Below the pieces are notes generated by a model. The model had not been told where the DNA came from. It saw only the letters and a program-made list of their open reading frames with translations, and did no database searches. Of a DNA stretch of 64,000 nt, positions 15,169 through 28,925 are shown in pieces. This DNA is from the human T2T-CHM13v2.0 reference genome, Homo sapiens, in the NCBI RefSeq assembly GCF_009914755.1, contig NC_060925.1; one strand, 5' to 3'. Each line of letters begins with the position of its first letter. The stretch's first letter is position 1. The position numbers and the translations under genes were made by a program.

Positions 15169-16408
15169 TTTTGGCAGGAGAAATGAGGATGTCAGCAAAG
15201 GCCCGAGGCCTGAAGGCTCAGGCTGAGTCCAGGTCAGGTTTGGCTGCAATGGATGAGTTGGGGTCAAAGGCGGCTGAGAGGGGGCTCCTCCCAGAGCCTG
15301 AGCTGGCCTATGTGTCCATCCCCTCCCTTGTTGGAGCTCTGGCGTGGAGCTTCCCATTCTAGCCTCAGCCACCTATTTATGTCCATCTCCTGCTCACACA
15401 AAACCAGATTCCAGAGACAAACAGGGAGACATAAAAAGGAGAAGAGATGAAGATTCATTGATGCCAGAACTGACTCTCTTCTGGAAAATTGAAATATTTT
15501 GTACGTAATGACAATCAAGTCACCGTGCGACCTTCCCGGAATAACTTCCCAGATATATGACAGTGACAACAACCGCCCCATTGGCGCTGACACGCTGAAG
15601 GCTCCCCAAAGCCACCACTTAAAAAATGCCTCCCGCGTTATTAACATTCCTCACTTGGGAATGTTTATGGCTCGTCACTGTTATCAACAGTAACAAATTT
15701 CGAGAACCTATAAATGACACCACCCCCAGAGACAGCCCGGGACAATCCACCATCAGCCTGCCTGGCCCAGGCTAGACTGTGAACATCAAATCAGGCTCAT
15801 CTGATGGGCCCCCAGCCCCGCTGCTCCCACCTCCCGAGGCTCCTGTCCTCCTCACTCACCTTGACCCCTGAAAGCCCTGGCTCCATCTGCATCCACTTAA
15901 CCTCCATCAGGGCCCTTGCCCATCAGATACTGCTGGGGGGAGGGTACAGGGGTCTCCTGTTCAGAACCAGGGCTTTGAGCCACAGCAGGTGTTACATTTC
16001 CCAACCGCTGCTTCTTCCTGCTGCAGAGCCCCACTCCACACACCTACAAAGAGACCCTTTTTCTCTTCCCTTCCTTCATTCATTCACTCATTCGTTCATG
16101 TGTGTATTCATCCATACGACGTGTTTGCTGAAGTGATTGGAATGTTGCACGAATGCCCTGGCCATGCATCAGTTGCAGTCTGGTGACTTCCATCTTAAAG
16201 GGCAAGGTCAGTGCCAGGCAGAGGGGCAGCCTTAGGACCTGCGATGTCAGAACCCACAGTGCTGTGGTCCCCATCCTAGCAGCAGCCTACAGGAGGCAAA
16301 GAACCTAGCCGCTGGCAAGAAGGGCAATGCAGGCCTCATACCCCACCAGTCCCTCCCTCCAACTGATGCTAAAAACTGTCCTTGGAGACAAACAGGAAGT
16401 ATATATAT

Positions 16409-16610
16409 GGCATAGTGACAGGCAGCTCGGGCTTTGGAGCAGGCTGCTTGAGTGTGGCTGCAGCTGTGACACTGATTAGCTCGAATCTTCTGAACATCAG
16501 TTTTCTTGGCCATAAAATGGGACTAAAAGCATTCCCGGAGCTGTTAAGAGGGTCAAATGAAATAGTGCATGTCAAGGGTACAGCACGCTTCTTGATGCAA
16601 AGCCAATGCT
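16409..16610 (+). mobile_element. MIR SINE
   Basis: GGCTTTGGAGCAGGCTGC...CAGTTTTCTTGGCCATAAAATGGG MIR core. Confidence 0.6.
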
Positions 16611-16859
16611 CAGCAGATGAAGACTGTTGCCACTTGTACAGATTCTCTCTTTTTGCTTTGGGCTTTAATTCTCCTACAAGGGTAGAAGTCCAGGTGAGGG
16701 GGTTTTGTGGCCACTTCGTTTGGAGGATGTGTGTTCCATGAGAGAAGAGACAAAGGTCACTTTGGGGCCATGGGGGAGGTACCAGGGAGGAGGCAGCCTG
16801 CAAGACGGATGGCTGGCATGGCCACCTCCTGGCTTTGGCCAGCTCTCCCTGGCTTGGCC

Positions 16860-17065
16860 ACCATGGAGTGACCTTAAGCCAGTCACTCACCCTCCCCCAG
16901 CCTCAGTTTCTCCATTTGCTGAGAAGGCCTCCTCAGGCCTGCCATTCACATCCAGCACCTACAATAGCTCTTTGTGGAATGTTTTATACAGGATTTCTGT
17001 GAAAACCTAACAAGATAATGAATATGAGAGAGCTTTGAAAATACTCAGTGTTTTGTAAATGTAAG
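16860..17065 (+). mobile_element. MIR SINE
   Basis: GTGACCTTAAGCCAGTCACTCACC...CCTCAGTTTCTCCATTTG MIR core. Confidence 0.55.
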
Positions 17066-20000
17066 AGATTATTATTCCCATTTACCACCCTTTTAAAAGG
17101 ATGTTTTTCCTCCATTCAGCCAAATTTAACTTGGATGATGAAGAACCCAGCCTGGGCTTCCCCAGCTATAATTTTCCTGTTCCTTGTGCCTCTGAATATT
17201 AAAACACAAAGGCTCACATTGCTGAGAGAAACCAAAACAGCAGCCTATTAGAGGTGCCATTGCACAAACGGAATTCAAAGTGATATTTCAAGCAGGGCGT
17301 TCTGTTTATGTAAACCTTGAGAGCACTTGATGAATGTCAGCAGAACTTTGAAATTAAAATCACTTCTTTTTTTCATACGCTGCTCACTCTGTTCTTGAGC
17401 CCACGTCTTGGGTAGTCGTGGAGGTTAAGAAACCACTCAGGGTTTACCTTATACTGTTAGAAATGCTAAGAGATGAGGCAGGGAGGCATCCTAAATGCCT
17501 CCGAACCGGTCAGCCCAGGACTGCAAGGCGAAGGCCAAGTCTCTTAAAGCAACAGCCTCCAGGAGCGCTGTCCAGAGTGCTGAAAAGGAAGCCGGGCCTC
17601 GGGGGTGACTGGGGGGCATTTGGAAGAGGGTCCTTCCCCAGGGACACATTCCTGCTGCTCCCTAGAATCCTGAGGGGGAATGGAGGGGGACCCTAGGGAG
17701 GCCAAGTCCCCTGTGTGAGCTGGAGGGAATGGAACACTAGCAGGCAGAGGGAGAAGCGTGACAGGGAGGAGAGACGGGGCCCCCCCACCAGAGTGACAAC
17801 TGCAGTGGAAATGAAGAGGAGGGGTGAGCGCAGAAGCTGGAGGAACTGGCAAATAAAGTAATAAAACAGAGAGATATACCCTATGACAGCAGGGAGATAA
17901 ATGGAGCAAGTTATACCAAGGGCTCATTTTTGTGCAAATATTTGGGGCTCTATAAAATAAGGCTGTTTATTATAAATCTGTCTCCCAAGTAAGTCTTGCC
18001 AGTGCACAGGTGTCACCCGCAGGGAAGTTTTCCCTCTAAGGCACAGAGGGTTGAGCTCGTGGGGTAAAGTGTGGCTGCAACTGCTCTTTCTGTTCTATAA
18101 ATAGCCCTTCCCGCGGGGGAAATGAGACTGCTGGGAGCCAAGAGAAGGAGCCAGGTTCGGCCACGGGATGCCTGGTGGCCTTGACCTTCACTTCCAGCCA
18201 AGCGGCTGCTGTGGCTGTGCAGTGTCCCAGAATCAAGATGACTGACACACATGGTCGTGGCTGAGGAGTCTCTCAGTCCTGTCTTTAAATATCAGGAGGG
18301 CTCTGCTGCCACATTCTCTCTCCAGCTCAGCGGGGGAAGAGATGACAGAGCACAAAAGTGTAGCAGCAGAGAACCAGCTGAGACCGGAGGAGGACTTCAG
18401 GGTTCATCCACTCCTTCGAAAACTTTGAAAGTATAGACAACCCTCTGCCTGAAATGGCTCGAGGCAATTCTTCCTGGAACCAAGGGAAGGATTGGAAGAC
18501 TTCAGGAGCTTGGGGAAATTCCCAGGAGAATTTGAGTCCTCTACCCTCAGGCTCTAGGGCCAGCATATCAGCAAAGCAAATAAGGCCTCAAAGCTGATGA
18601 GGTCCTCAATCTCAGAGCAGCCCCTTTCCCTGCTAAGCAGACACTTAGACACCCAGGAAAGGACACAGCAGGGGTGCCAGATGTCTCAATGGTAGGGTCA
18701 CCTGAAGGACTTTGGTCATGCACACCCACCCCCCCACCCCCATGCATACACATAAGGTCTAAGGTACTATTTCCAGAGGACCAGGATTCCTGTTCCTCAG
18801 AGGAATTTGCTCTTGGGTCCCCGATCTTCTTGATTGTGAAATAGTCCAGTGAATGGAGAATCGGGGTCCCCAACTTCCAAGAGCCCATTTCCTCAGCTCT
18901 AAGGTGGGGCTGATCACAATAAGGTTCTTAGGAGAATTCAACACAGGAAGCTACTCAAAGCCTGCAGCCCAAGGCCTGGCACAGATCGACATTAGTTCTT
19001 AGCATGCTCTGGACAAGAAGTCACCCCTGTACCATGCACACAGTGGGAGCTCCTGAATTACCCAGATGGACTTGAGTCTGCTTCTAAGATGTGGTGCTCC
19101 CACAGCAGCCTGGGCAGGTTCCTTGGGGGCCATCATCATACCTTCATCCCATGTTGTCATTTTGGCTGGCCTTGATCACATCACACTGGCACATCATCTG
19201 TCTTCTTCACCTCGACCCTGAGGACACTGACTCTCTCTTCTTCCATCTCCATATCTCTAGTGCCTGTAACTCAAGAAGGTGTTAGCTGAGTGGTCAGTGG
19301 AGAGATGGCATCTCAGCCTATATCACCTCCCAAGCCAGACCAGATTCCACCCTGTGCCAAGCCTCAGCAGCTCCCCACCCAGGAGAACCACTTTCTAGGA
19401 TCGGGAGGCCCTCTTTTCCCAATTCTATGCCCACTCCTCTTTATCCTGCTTTGTGTGCGGCTCCAGGCTCTCAACTCTGCACCTTTGGAAAAGACGTCAG
19501 CTTTCTCCCTGGCTTGGGGCCTCTGCCCCAAAGACTGACTCTGTACTGTTTATCGTCTCCCTCGTTTTCAAGGCTTTGGCTGGAAATTTGGCTCCTTGGG
19601 CCGGTTCCGATGATATTTTACAGTGCCTTCTTAATTTACTGTCTTTTTATGACTATAGTAAAAGGCCACACATCAGGGAAGGCTATCAAACAGGAAGAAA
19701 CATCCCCTCTCCTTGTCAGCTCAAGTTGAGCATTGTAATTTACATGAAAACCTTGTGGCTTAGGGTGTTTACCTCCCATGGAACCAGTTTCTTCTCCCAT
19801 TATGAGAATGAGATAATTAAAAACTTCCCTGTTCCTTTGATATTGAATTAGGTTAACTCAGCCCAATTGCAAATGCCAGTTTGAAGGCTGTTATGTCATT
19901 TGGATTTCAATGTAGAGCCATCCTTTTTTTTTTAATCCAGAAATGCTTTATTCTTGTCTCTTATCCTGATCCCAAATTAGACATAGGGAAGGGAAATAAG

Positions 20001-20249
20001 GGATTTATTCACATTTGACCAAAAAATTTGCATCTCAAACAGAAATTTTAAGGAGGCCAGGGCCAGGGAGGCAGCTGAGGCTGTGTGGCTTCCCCCTAGT
20101 CAACAGGCTTCACAGTTCACCCAATGTGAGAGAGGGAAAGCATGAAGAGGAAAGTATGAGACCCAGTCCATAGGAGGAAAACCACAGTCCAACTTCTCTC
20201 CACCTGCCATCTACCATCACCACGGAGCCATGCCATGGCAAGCTATTCC

Positions 20250-20620
20250 TGCCCCTAGGGAGACAAACCCCAACTCAAATTGGCCTAAGCAATGCAGAAT
20301 GTATTCTATCACCTACGCGGAAAGCCAGAGAGAGTGCGAACTGCAGGGTCAGCCTATTCAGGGGTTCAGCCATGTCACCAGCCAACTCTGCCATCTTGAG
20401 TGCTGGCTTCGTGTGCCTCCTGGGAGCCAGGTGACTGCAGTCCAGGTTCACATGACACATAGCAGGTGTCACAAGGAAGAAGAGTGGGATGTTCTGCAGC
20501 TCCTACCAGTGAAAAACCCTCTCCTGGAAACCTTCACACTTCTCTTACCTCATGAGCCAGAATTGGGTCACATACCCATTCCTAAATATTCCCTTATGAG
20601 GAAGATGGGAGAATAATTGG
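20250..20620 (-). mobile_element. Ancient ERVL/MaLR LTR fragment (LTR33/MLT1-like)
   Basis: AAACCCCAACTCAAATTGGCCTAAGC and GCCAGAATTGGGTCACATACCCATTCCT motifs. Confidence 0.45.
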
Positions 20621-20687
20621 CCAATGAGATTCACTCGCCACTGCCCCCTGCCAAACACACACAATGACAAAATTGAGGAGAAATTGA

Positions 20688-20937
<250 letters not shown>

Positions 20938-21205
20938 GGAGAAATGAATTTTGATGGGGAATAAATGCTGTGCAGACAATGTATGTGATGCTGTCATTAA
21001 ATGTTGCACACATTCAAAGCAATGTATATGTACACAAGCAAAAGTAACAAGAAAATGGGCCCTCCCAGAATAGACCAGAACTAGACCCAGGCCTTTGAAG
21101 TTCCCTCTAAGGACAGGCTCACTCTTCTCCATCCTTGCTGGAGTCTTGAAAGTTGAACATCGTGGTACCAGGAGAGTGAGTGGAACGTGGGGCCACTGTG
21201 GAGCC

Positions 21206-21405
21206 CAGTGATTCTCAAACAGGGGTGATTTTACTCCCCAAGGACATTTGGCAATGTCTGAAGACAATTTTTTGTCATCACCCTTCGAGTAATTTAGTCG
21301 TGGAGGCCAGATGTGCTGCTGAGCATCCTCTATTGCACGGCACAGCCCCACAACAAAGAGTTATACAGCCCCAAGTGTCTACAGTTGTGAGGCTGAGAAA
21401 CCTCA
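21206..21405 (+). mobile_element. MER20 hAT-Charlie DNA transposon
   Basis: CAGTGATTCTCAAACAGGGGTGATTTTACTCCCCAAGGACATTTGGCAATGTCTG...GAGGCTGAGAAACC. Confidence 0.85.
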
Positions 21406-23209
21406 TGGAAGCCTGGCTTTCATCCAGGATACTCCCATGATGCTTTGCCCCCTGGGAAAGGGAGAGAGGAGGTGGCTTACCAATGAGATGTGACTGGAAG
21501 CTGGAGAACACAGAACTGGTCTTCACCCCTCCTTCCCTTCTCTCACAGAACTTTCCTTTACCTCTGGCAAAACAAAGAAAAAGAGAGAGAGAGAATATAT
21601 TCTATGCTGCCTTGTTCTGCACGAGTATCTTACTGGGAGGCTGTCAGCATTTGGAGAGCAGGGCCCAGTTCCACCATGTCTGTATCCGCCCAGCACTCAC
21701 AGAGCAGGTACCTCATAAATGTGGGTTAGAAGGAGGGAGGAGAGATGGAGTTGGAGGAGAGGTCTGGGACTGAGTAGAGAAGCTATGATTTAGAGGCAGG
21801 CAAGTCCCCTGAGGCAAATTTTGGCCGGGGCTGAGATCAGCTGGTTCTTAGCTGGGGAACAAAGACCATTCAAGAGTGGGTCAGCCAGATTCAAAGGTTT
21901 AGCTCGAGAAATTGAACCTGACAGTTCAGACCAAGCCAGAAGGTCCTTTGACAAGAGAAGCAGGGAGGAGGTGTTGGAGGAGGCAGCCCTGAGGACAGGT
22001 GCAGGATGCATGGGGCCAGAGCAGGTGGAAGCAGGAGAGAGAAAGAGAGTGCGAGGGAAAGGCCGTAGGGTCAGGGGAGTAATCCATCAATGTTCCGTCC
22101 AATGCTGGGAAGAGCAGGGCCCAACAGTGGAGAAAAGGCCAGGACCTTGAGAGGCATTGCACCCTGATTAGGGGCTGGTGAACTGGAGGGAGCAGGCAGG
22201 GGTCCAGCCAGGAAAAGAGGTCCTCTCATAGGGGCAACTAGAGGGAGGCTGCCACAGAAGAGGGGCCACTGGCCCAAGAGAGCCAAGGGCTCTGGGAGGA
22301 CCCCCCATGGTGGGTGCTGGAGAGCCCCTGAGCCCTTTTATTTCACAGTGACAGGCCACAGCCAGAATACGTTGTCACCGTCACCTGGCTATGTCAGCAG
22401 AATTTTCAACAGGGGCTGTGGTCTGGGATGCCAGGAATTTCCCCTTGGCTCCTGAGACATTTGCTAAGCCAGGCGCCAACTGGAGACAGTGACGGGAGAG
22501 TCTGAGCATCGTGCCTCGGTGCTGACCTCTGATATTCAAATTCCTGGAAGCCCTGGTGCACCTTGTCCTGGCAGTGCAGCTCGGTAGAGGTACTCCCCTC
22601 AAAGTTAATAAGAAACTAAGAAATTAATTTCCTGTCAGGTGCCTCTGCCCAGCAGTGGCAGCCCAACACTCTGTGTCATTGGGAGTGTACTTAAATCGCA
22701 AGGAAAGTTATAACAAGGGGGCTGGTGAGGTGCCAGGTGCAGTGCTCGCCCTTCTGGAAGTTTCCTGGAAGAGGGATGGAGACGTCTGTGCAATCCCGAG
22801 CAGGTCGGGGGTGCCAGCAACACAGCCTGGCCCTGGGACCATTGCTTCCAAGAAGGTCACTTTGGTTTTTACTTGACCATGGTTTGTTGCAAAATTCCTG
22901 GCACCAGCTCAGCTCGGCCACGTCTCGGCTCCCTGGCGCCTCTAGAGAGAACGAATATGCTAAAGATAGTGAGGCGTCTTCTCTGGGTGACCTCGTGTGA
23001 CCTTGCAATCCCGTCAAGTCTTTGGTTCTGCAGAAACAACTGTCAGATCGGGAGTTAGTCACCTCCAAAGACAGAAACCAAAAACCAAAACAGTGACCTT
23101 GTTCTTTCTGTTCATGACCCTGGAGGTATGGGGGGAGGAGGAGGAAGCGGAGATTGGTTTTGCTCGTTAACTCATTATCAGTGACTGAGCGGCTACTCAT
23201 GGCTGGGAA

Positions 23210-23400
23210 CTTGTTGGGTGCCCTCCATTACACTTCCCTTAATCCTCTCAATGGCTTTTGATATCCTCAGGTAGATGGGAGGATCCCCATTTTACCTGGG
23301 AGGGATACAAGGCCAAGAGGGGTTAAGTAACTTGCCCAAGATCACACAGCGTTTGAAGTGGCCAAGGTGAAATTTGATCTAACTTCCACTTGGATGTGTG
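23210..23400 (-). mobile_element. MIR SINE
   Basis: CCCCATTTTAC...GGTTAAGTAACTTGCCCAAGATCACACAGC. Confidence 0.7.
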
Positions 23401-23989
23401 ATTCCACTCCACATCCAAGTTCTTTCCATCATCTGGCTGCAGGCAAGATAACAGATTGGTGTATTCTTTCTATCTTATTTGAATTCCAAAGTTAGTATCC
23501 GCTATTGAAAACAGCTGACTTCATTATAACCCATCATTGACTCCTTTCTTTAACAAATAACCAGCAAAACAGAGCGTTCTTTCGGAGTAAGCCTTCCACC
23601 ACCTGAACTTTGACAACTTTCTCCCTAATGGGTTTCTCCCTGTGAGTATTTGATCTTGGCCACCAGCATGAGCCTATCCTGGTGATCTCAAAATGCTGAG
23701 GTTTTTCTTCTGTTAAGAGATTGAATCTTCTGTTCCATGTGGAGGCTTATTCAACATTAAAGCGTTCCTGAACCATTTCATTTATTCAACAAATATTTTC
23801 CAAGCCCAGCTCTGGGCCAGATGCCAGGCTCAAGGCTTAGCAAGCCAGACAGATGTGGAGCCGCCATCATGGAACTCGGCCCTCACAGGCCATTGTCCTT
23901 GGCTTTCCAGACTGAACCTCTGTGCTTTCTTGTTTCACGGCTGTTTTCCTGAATGCTCCCTGTGAGCCCGAGTCTGTCCTGAGGTCTTC

Positions 23990-24328
23990 GTCCCTATTCC
24001 CTGTGCCTGAATCCTTTCCTCTCCCAGAGCTCCCCACAGCTGGCTTCTTTTTATCATCTCAGATACAGCTGAAGGTTCCATCCTCAGAGGCCTTCTCAAG
24101 CTCGCTGGCTAAATTCTCCACCCACCCCCATTTTTTATGCTCATACCACTTCATGCCATCCAGAACCACCTTATTCTTTATTCCAATGTTTATAGCTCGT
24201 CTCTTCCATGCTCTTTGAGGGCAGAGTCTTAGACTTGGTCACAGTAGACCCCAAATGTAGGCCAGTCCCTGGTATCTTGTGGTTCTTGAGAGCTAATCTG
24301 TTGAATGAATGAATGAATGAATGAATGA
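23990..24328 (+). mobile_element. L2 3' portion with (TGAA)n tail
   Basis: CATCCTCAGAGGCCTTCTC...CTTTGAGGGCAGAGTC...TTGAATGAATGAATGAATG. Confidence 0.7.
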
Positions 24329-24607
24329 GGGAATTAATGAACACCCTGCAAAGCAAGTGCCACAGTTACCCCTACTCTATAGAAGAGGCAGCTGTTCCTC
24401 TAAAAGGCTGAGAATCCCACCTCAGAGCTACCTGCAGGAGAGTGGGTGAGCTGGGACCCCAGTCATTTCAGGTTAACTGAAGGGAAAGCCTGACTTCCCA
24501 TCAGCTCCACACACTGAGTCCTTTCTCCTAGAAATGAAGGAAACACAAAGAAGTCACTAAGAAGGCACCTCGCCCTCAAGCATCTGAAACCCTCAGTTGG
24601 AAATTTG

Positions 24608-24810
24608 ACTGCAACCTCTGCCTCCTGGGTTCAAGGGATTCTCCTGCCTCAGCCCCCCAAGTAGCTGGGACTACAGGCATGCGCCACCACACCCAGCTAA
24701 TTCTGTATTTTCAGGAGAGATGGGATTTCACCATGTTGGCCAGGCTGGTCTCAAACTCCTGACCTCAGGTGTTCCGCCCGCCTCGGCCTCCCGAGGTGCT
24801 GGGATTACAG
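24608..24810 (-). mobile_element. Alu fragment (AluS-like, both ends missing)
   Basis: ACTGCAACCTCTGCCTCCTGGGTTCAAG...GTGCTGGGATTACAG. Confidence 0.9.
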
Positions 24811-27800
24811 AAGCTCTTTTTCAACATTGCCTTTTAGATCCCCTTTCCCATCAGCTTCCTCCAAAGGAGCTGCTGGCTTGATTTACCTGCAGCCACCGCA
24901 ATTAATTGCTGTCCCCTGGTAGCTAACATCTCTTAACAGCTCCATAGCAACAGTGGTTTCCAAATGCCAGAAAGTGTTTTTTCCAAGGGGACTCTATCCT
25001 CGACGCAAAATAGAACATTTTGAGTGAAATTTAAACACAGTTTTTGAACGGTGCTGTTCTGATTTCTTCACACTTCACAAATGCTTTCTTTGCAAACATG
25101 GGTGTCCCAGTTACCCTGGGCTGGTGCCAAGGCCCTCAGCCCAGCTTCTGTTTTCTCAGCTTCAAGGCAGCCGTGGTAAGACCTAAAAACAAACAGGGAG
25201 CGAGTGCTGTGGGTCTCCCCGCTAAGGGGTTGCCTTGCGCCTGTGCAGAGATGAGGACCACAGTTTGTCTCCCACACCAGCTGTGATCAATTGGTGATGA
25301 CAACGCAGAACCCTGCCTATGCGATTTCTGGGACCCCATCTGAGCTTAGTGGGAAAGAGTGCCATCCGCCATGGTTCCAGTGCAGAATTCCAAGGGCCAA
25401 GATGGGGAGTAGGGATTTGTGTATGAGTGGTTGGTTGGAACAAATCATCCTGGTATACCACTGCTCCCACAGGTGGAAACAGAGAAACTGGGTTAAAATG
25501 AAGACTCCAGTAAATTCGCATGCAGAAGTACCCAGAAAGGCCCTTGCCATGTCCTTCACTCTGCCTTGGTGAAGGTGGAAGAGATGAAGGGAGAGGGTGA
25601 TGGGTGGGTGGTGGGTGTGCTGGCCACCGACTGGCACAGCCCCCAGCACAGGGGCTGTCTCTAGTGACCGATCCAGGATGAGTGTCCCCATTCAGATGCA
25701 GTCAACCCACCACTGATTCAACCAACACTTGCTGACTGCCTATCAGGGAATACATTTCCTTCTGATGCACACTCTGCTCTCAGGAAGTCTGGGGTCCAGA
25801 GAGGGAATGGAGGTGCCAGCCAGCCTGAAGATCAGTGGAAAGAGTGAGGCTGGCTGATGCTGCAGGAGAGACACAGAGGACTGTCAGGGGAGTCCCAAAG
25901 GGAATGAAATTATTTTGGTTGGAAGGATAAAGGGAGGCTGGAAGGACAGTGTGACGTTGGATCTGGGTCTTGACAAGTAGGTGGAATGTGGAGAGATTCC
26001 AGGCCTTGGGAACAGCGTGGGCAGGGCCAGTGGCAGAGCAGGCTGAATGGTCTGGTTGACTGAGCCAAGAGGGGTGAGAAGGGTGCATGGGAGGTGGATC
26101 CAGCCGATCATGGAGGCCATTGGGATCAGGAGTGGGGTTGCATTCACAGGAAATGGGGAGCCAGGAAAGGTTAGCAGTGGGTGACGTCATCAGAGCTGGG
26201 ACTTGGGAAGATGGCTCTGAGAGTTGGATGGGAGTGCCTGGCTCAAAGGCAGACCAGTCAGGAGGCTGATGCCAAGGAGCATGGGGAAGGCAGTGAGGGG
26301 AGACTGGGGCGGTGGCCTCAAGGGCCAAGAGGAAAGCAGGATGCCTGCCCGTCTCTCCCCTCCTTCAGCTCTGCTGGCATTAGCAGCGCCTCAGACTTGG
26401 TGGCCATGGAGTCACAGTGGCAGGACTGCTCTGTGGCCTGATTCTGCCCCCATCGGGCTGACAGGGTCTTGGCCTCTAAGCAGGATGCTTAGAGTTGCCC
26501 CTGCCCTGAGGAAGCTGGATGAAGCCAGGCCGTTCTGTCGCATCATCTGAAGAGGAGTGAGTGGGGTTGCCAGCTCCCTGCTAGCACAGATGCCCACCCC
26601 ACCGTTGTCTTCAGCATCTGCCAGGAGAGGGACAGTTTGAGGCAGTGTCGGGGTTCACGAGCTTGCTCTCCTCTGCCATTCGCAATGGGCTGGCATAGGG
26701 CAGCCTCACTGCTTGGCTCCAGCCAGCGACTTCAGGATGTGGCGATGAAGATGGGGTCTGGATGGGCGTTGGTATTCAGGATGTCGAGCCCCACTGGTCT
26801 GGGGGACCAGTTGGCGCTTCCTGCAAAGGCATGTGCTCTGGGAAGGGCCTGGCCTGCTGCAGCAGCTCTGCAGAGGGGCCGGCCCCAGACTTGCCTATGT
26901 CATTAGTATAGCAGGTCCCGTTATTACCCGAGGAGGCTTACAGGTTATCAGCGAGCTCCAGGAGCCACTGGAGAAAGGAAGAAGATAAAGAAGGATTTAA
27001 AAAGAAAATAACAAAAAGAAAAACTGTATTTTCTAATCCAAACCTTGCCCTGCAGTGGCTTTGTTAACCCCCAGTCACTCCTTCAAGACATAAACTGTTG
27101 AGAGCCACAATTACTTCAGTGATTACACGTTATCTTGTCCTACCAAGGTATTAAAGAGGAACTGGGGAACACATTAAAAAAACATACAGCCCAATTTAAT
27201 CATGATTCCCTCTAAAACAATTGCTGGAATCTCACCATTACAGATGCCAGAGCATAAAAATCCTGTAGATGCTTGATGGACCGGGCACAATTCATCCTCT
27301 GCTGCCTCCACGGCCAGCCCATTTGTCAGTCAAGGGAGAGCTTTGGGGTTTAGGTCTTTAACAGGATTGAGTGCAGGGGCTCCCCAGGTGCTCCTCCAGA
27401 GCAGAGGAAGGGTGGCCCCATCCCAACCTCCCAGATTTCCCTGCTTGGATCACCTGCCCTGCCATCACTACCACCAGGAAGACACTAAACAGAAAGCCCA
27501 CCAAACATCTCGGGACCCTACTCATAGTCAAGGTTGTGAAGAAGTTTGCTGGCCGGGAAGCAGCCTTGTTCTGAATGCCACTTGTGGTGAACAGCAACCA
27601 GCTCTGCTTTTCTGCAAATTCTCTCTGCAAAGCGAGGGAGGTGTAATCATTTGCTTCAGAAGGTTCTGAACATCAGGAAGAGGCAAAGCTGAGAGACAGC
27701 AGAGGGTGGGGGTCGGGTGCAGCTCCCTGTCCTCACTCTCTACCTGTCTGCTGCGTGACGTTCAACTCAGAGTCTCTCTTGCTTCAGTTTTCCCAATTGG

Positions 27801-28479
27801 AGATGGAAGGGGGTTGATAAGTTGGCCTGGACAATCCCTAAGTTTCCTCCCACCTTCACTACTCTCTGTTCCAAGAGGAGTAAACAGAAGGGTTTAGGAG
27901 ACCCCTGACTTGCAGGACCCTGGAGGATCTTTCATGCACAAATTAAAATACATAAAGCATCCAGGAAGAGGACAGTGCTTACTAGAGAAGGGGCTGGAGG
28001 CACTGGAGCTCCTCAAGGGCTTGCAGGTCACTTGATGCCTGTATCATCTGGATGAGGACTAGAAGTGATCCCATTGGCCCAAGGGACTCCTACCTATCCA
28101 ATGTGGCAGGATGTGGATGGGGTGTCTGTCTCTTTAATTCATGGAGAGTTATGGGATATTTTTCGGGAAAATGGAGCTTTGTTTTCTTCCAGAGTTTGGA
28201 AGATAACCAAGAATTGTCTCAGAGATCCTGTTTTTATGTTTGGACAAGAATGGCTGGTGTTTAGCTCATCGTCTGTTGGAGATCATGATGCTTCCTCGAT
28301 GTTTGAAAAGAATTTAACTTTACCTAGATGGGCTCCTATCTCAAAGAATCACGCTTCCCAAATAAGCAATATCTGAATTAATTTGATGTTGCTCCACATG
28401 GAAGTTCCATACGATCCTAGGGAAACTTTGTCCTTAGCAATAGTGTGAGATGACATAACACTGGTTAGAGAGGTCAGTC

Positions 28480-28925
28480 AGAATAATACCTGGCCCTTCT
28501 GAAGGTTTCCCATGCCTCGGGCACTGTTCAAATGCTGTATCTTGTTTAGTCTTCACAACTACCTCAGGGAGCAGGCACTACTGTTCTCTCCATTGTATGG
28601 ATGAGAAAACTAAGGCACAGAGATGTGATTGCCCAAAGCTCACAGCTAGGAGGTAGCAGAACCCAGACTCGAACCTAAGGCAGTTGTCTCTGGAGCACAC
28701 ACTCTCTACCACTCTGCTTCCTCAGCATCAGATAGACCTGGGCTTAATGGGCAGGGCTTTGATGGACTACTTAATTCCTTACGTTTTAGATTCTTTATGT
28801 GTAAAGCAGATGGGGCCATAACCAGTTCTACCTTGTGAGGTTGTAGTGAGGATTAAACAAGCTAAGTCCCGGGAAGTAGTTAGCACTCAGCACCTGGAGC
28901 ATACAGGTCTGAAGAAATGCTAGTT
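28480..28925. mobile_element. Two divergent MIR SINEs (minus ~28480-28720, plus ~28730-28925)
   Basis: GATGAGAAAACTAAGGCACAGAGATG...CACAGCTAG on one side; AGACCTGGGCTT...TGTGAGGTTGTAGTGAGGATTAAA on the other. Confidence 0.65.
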
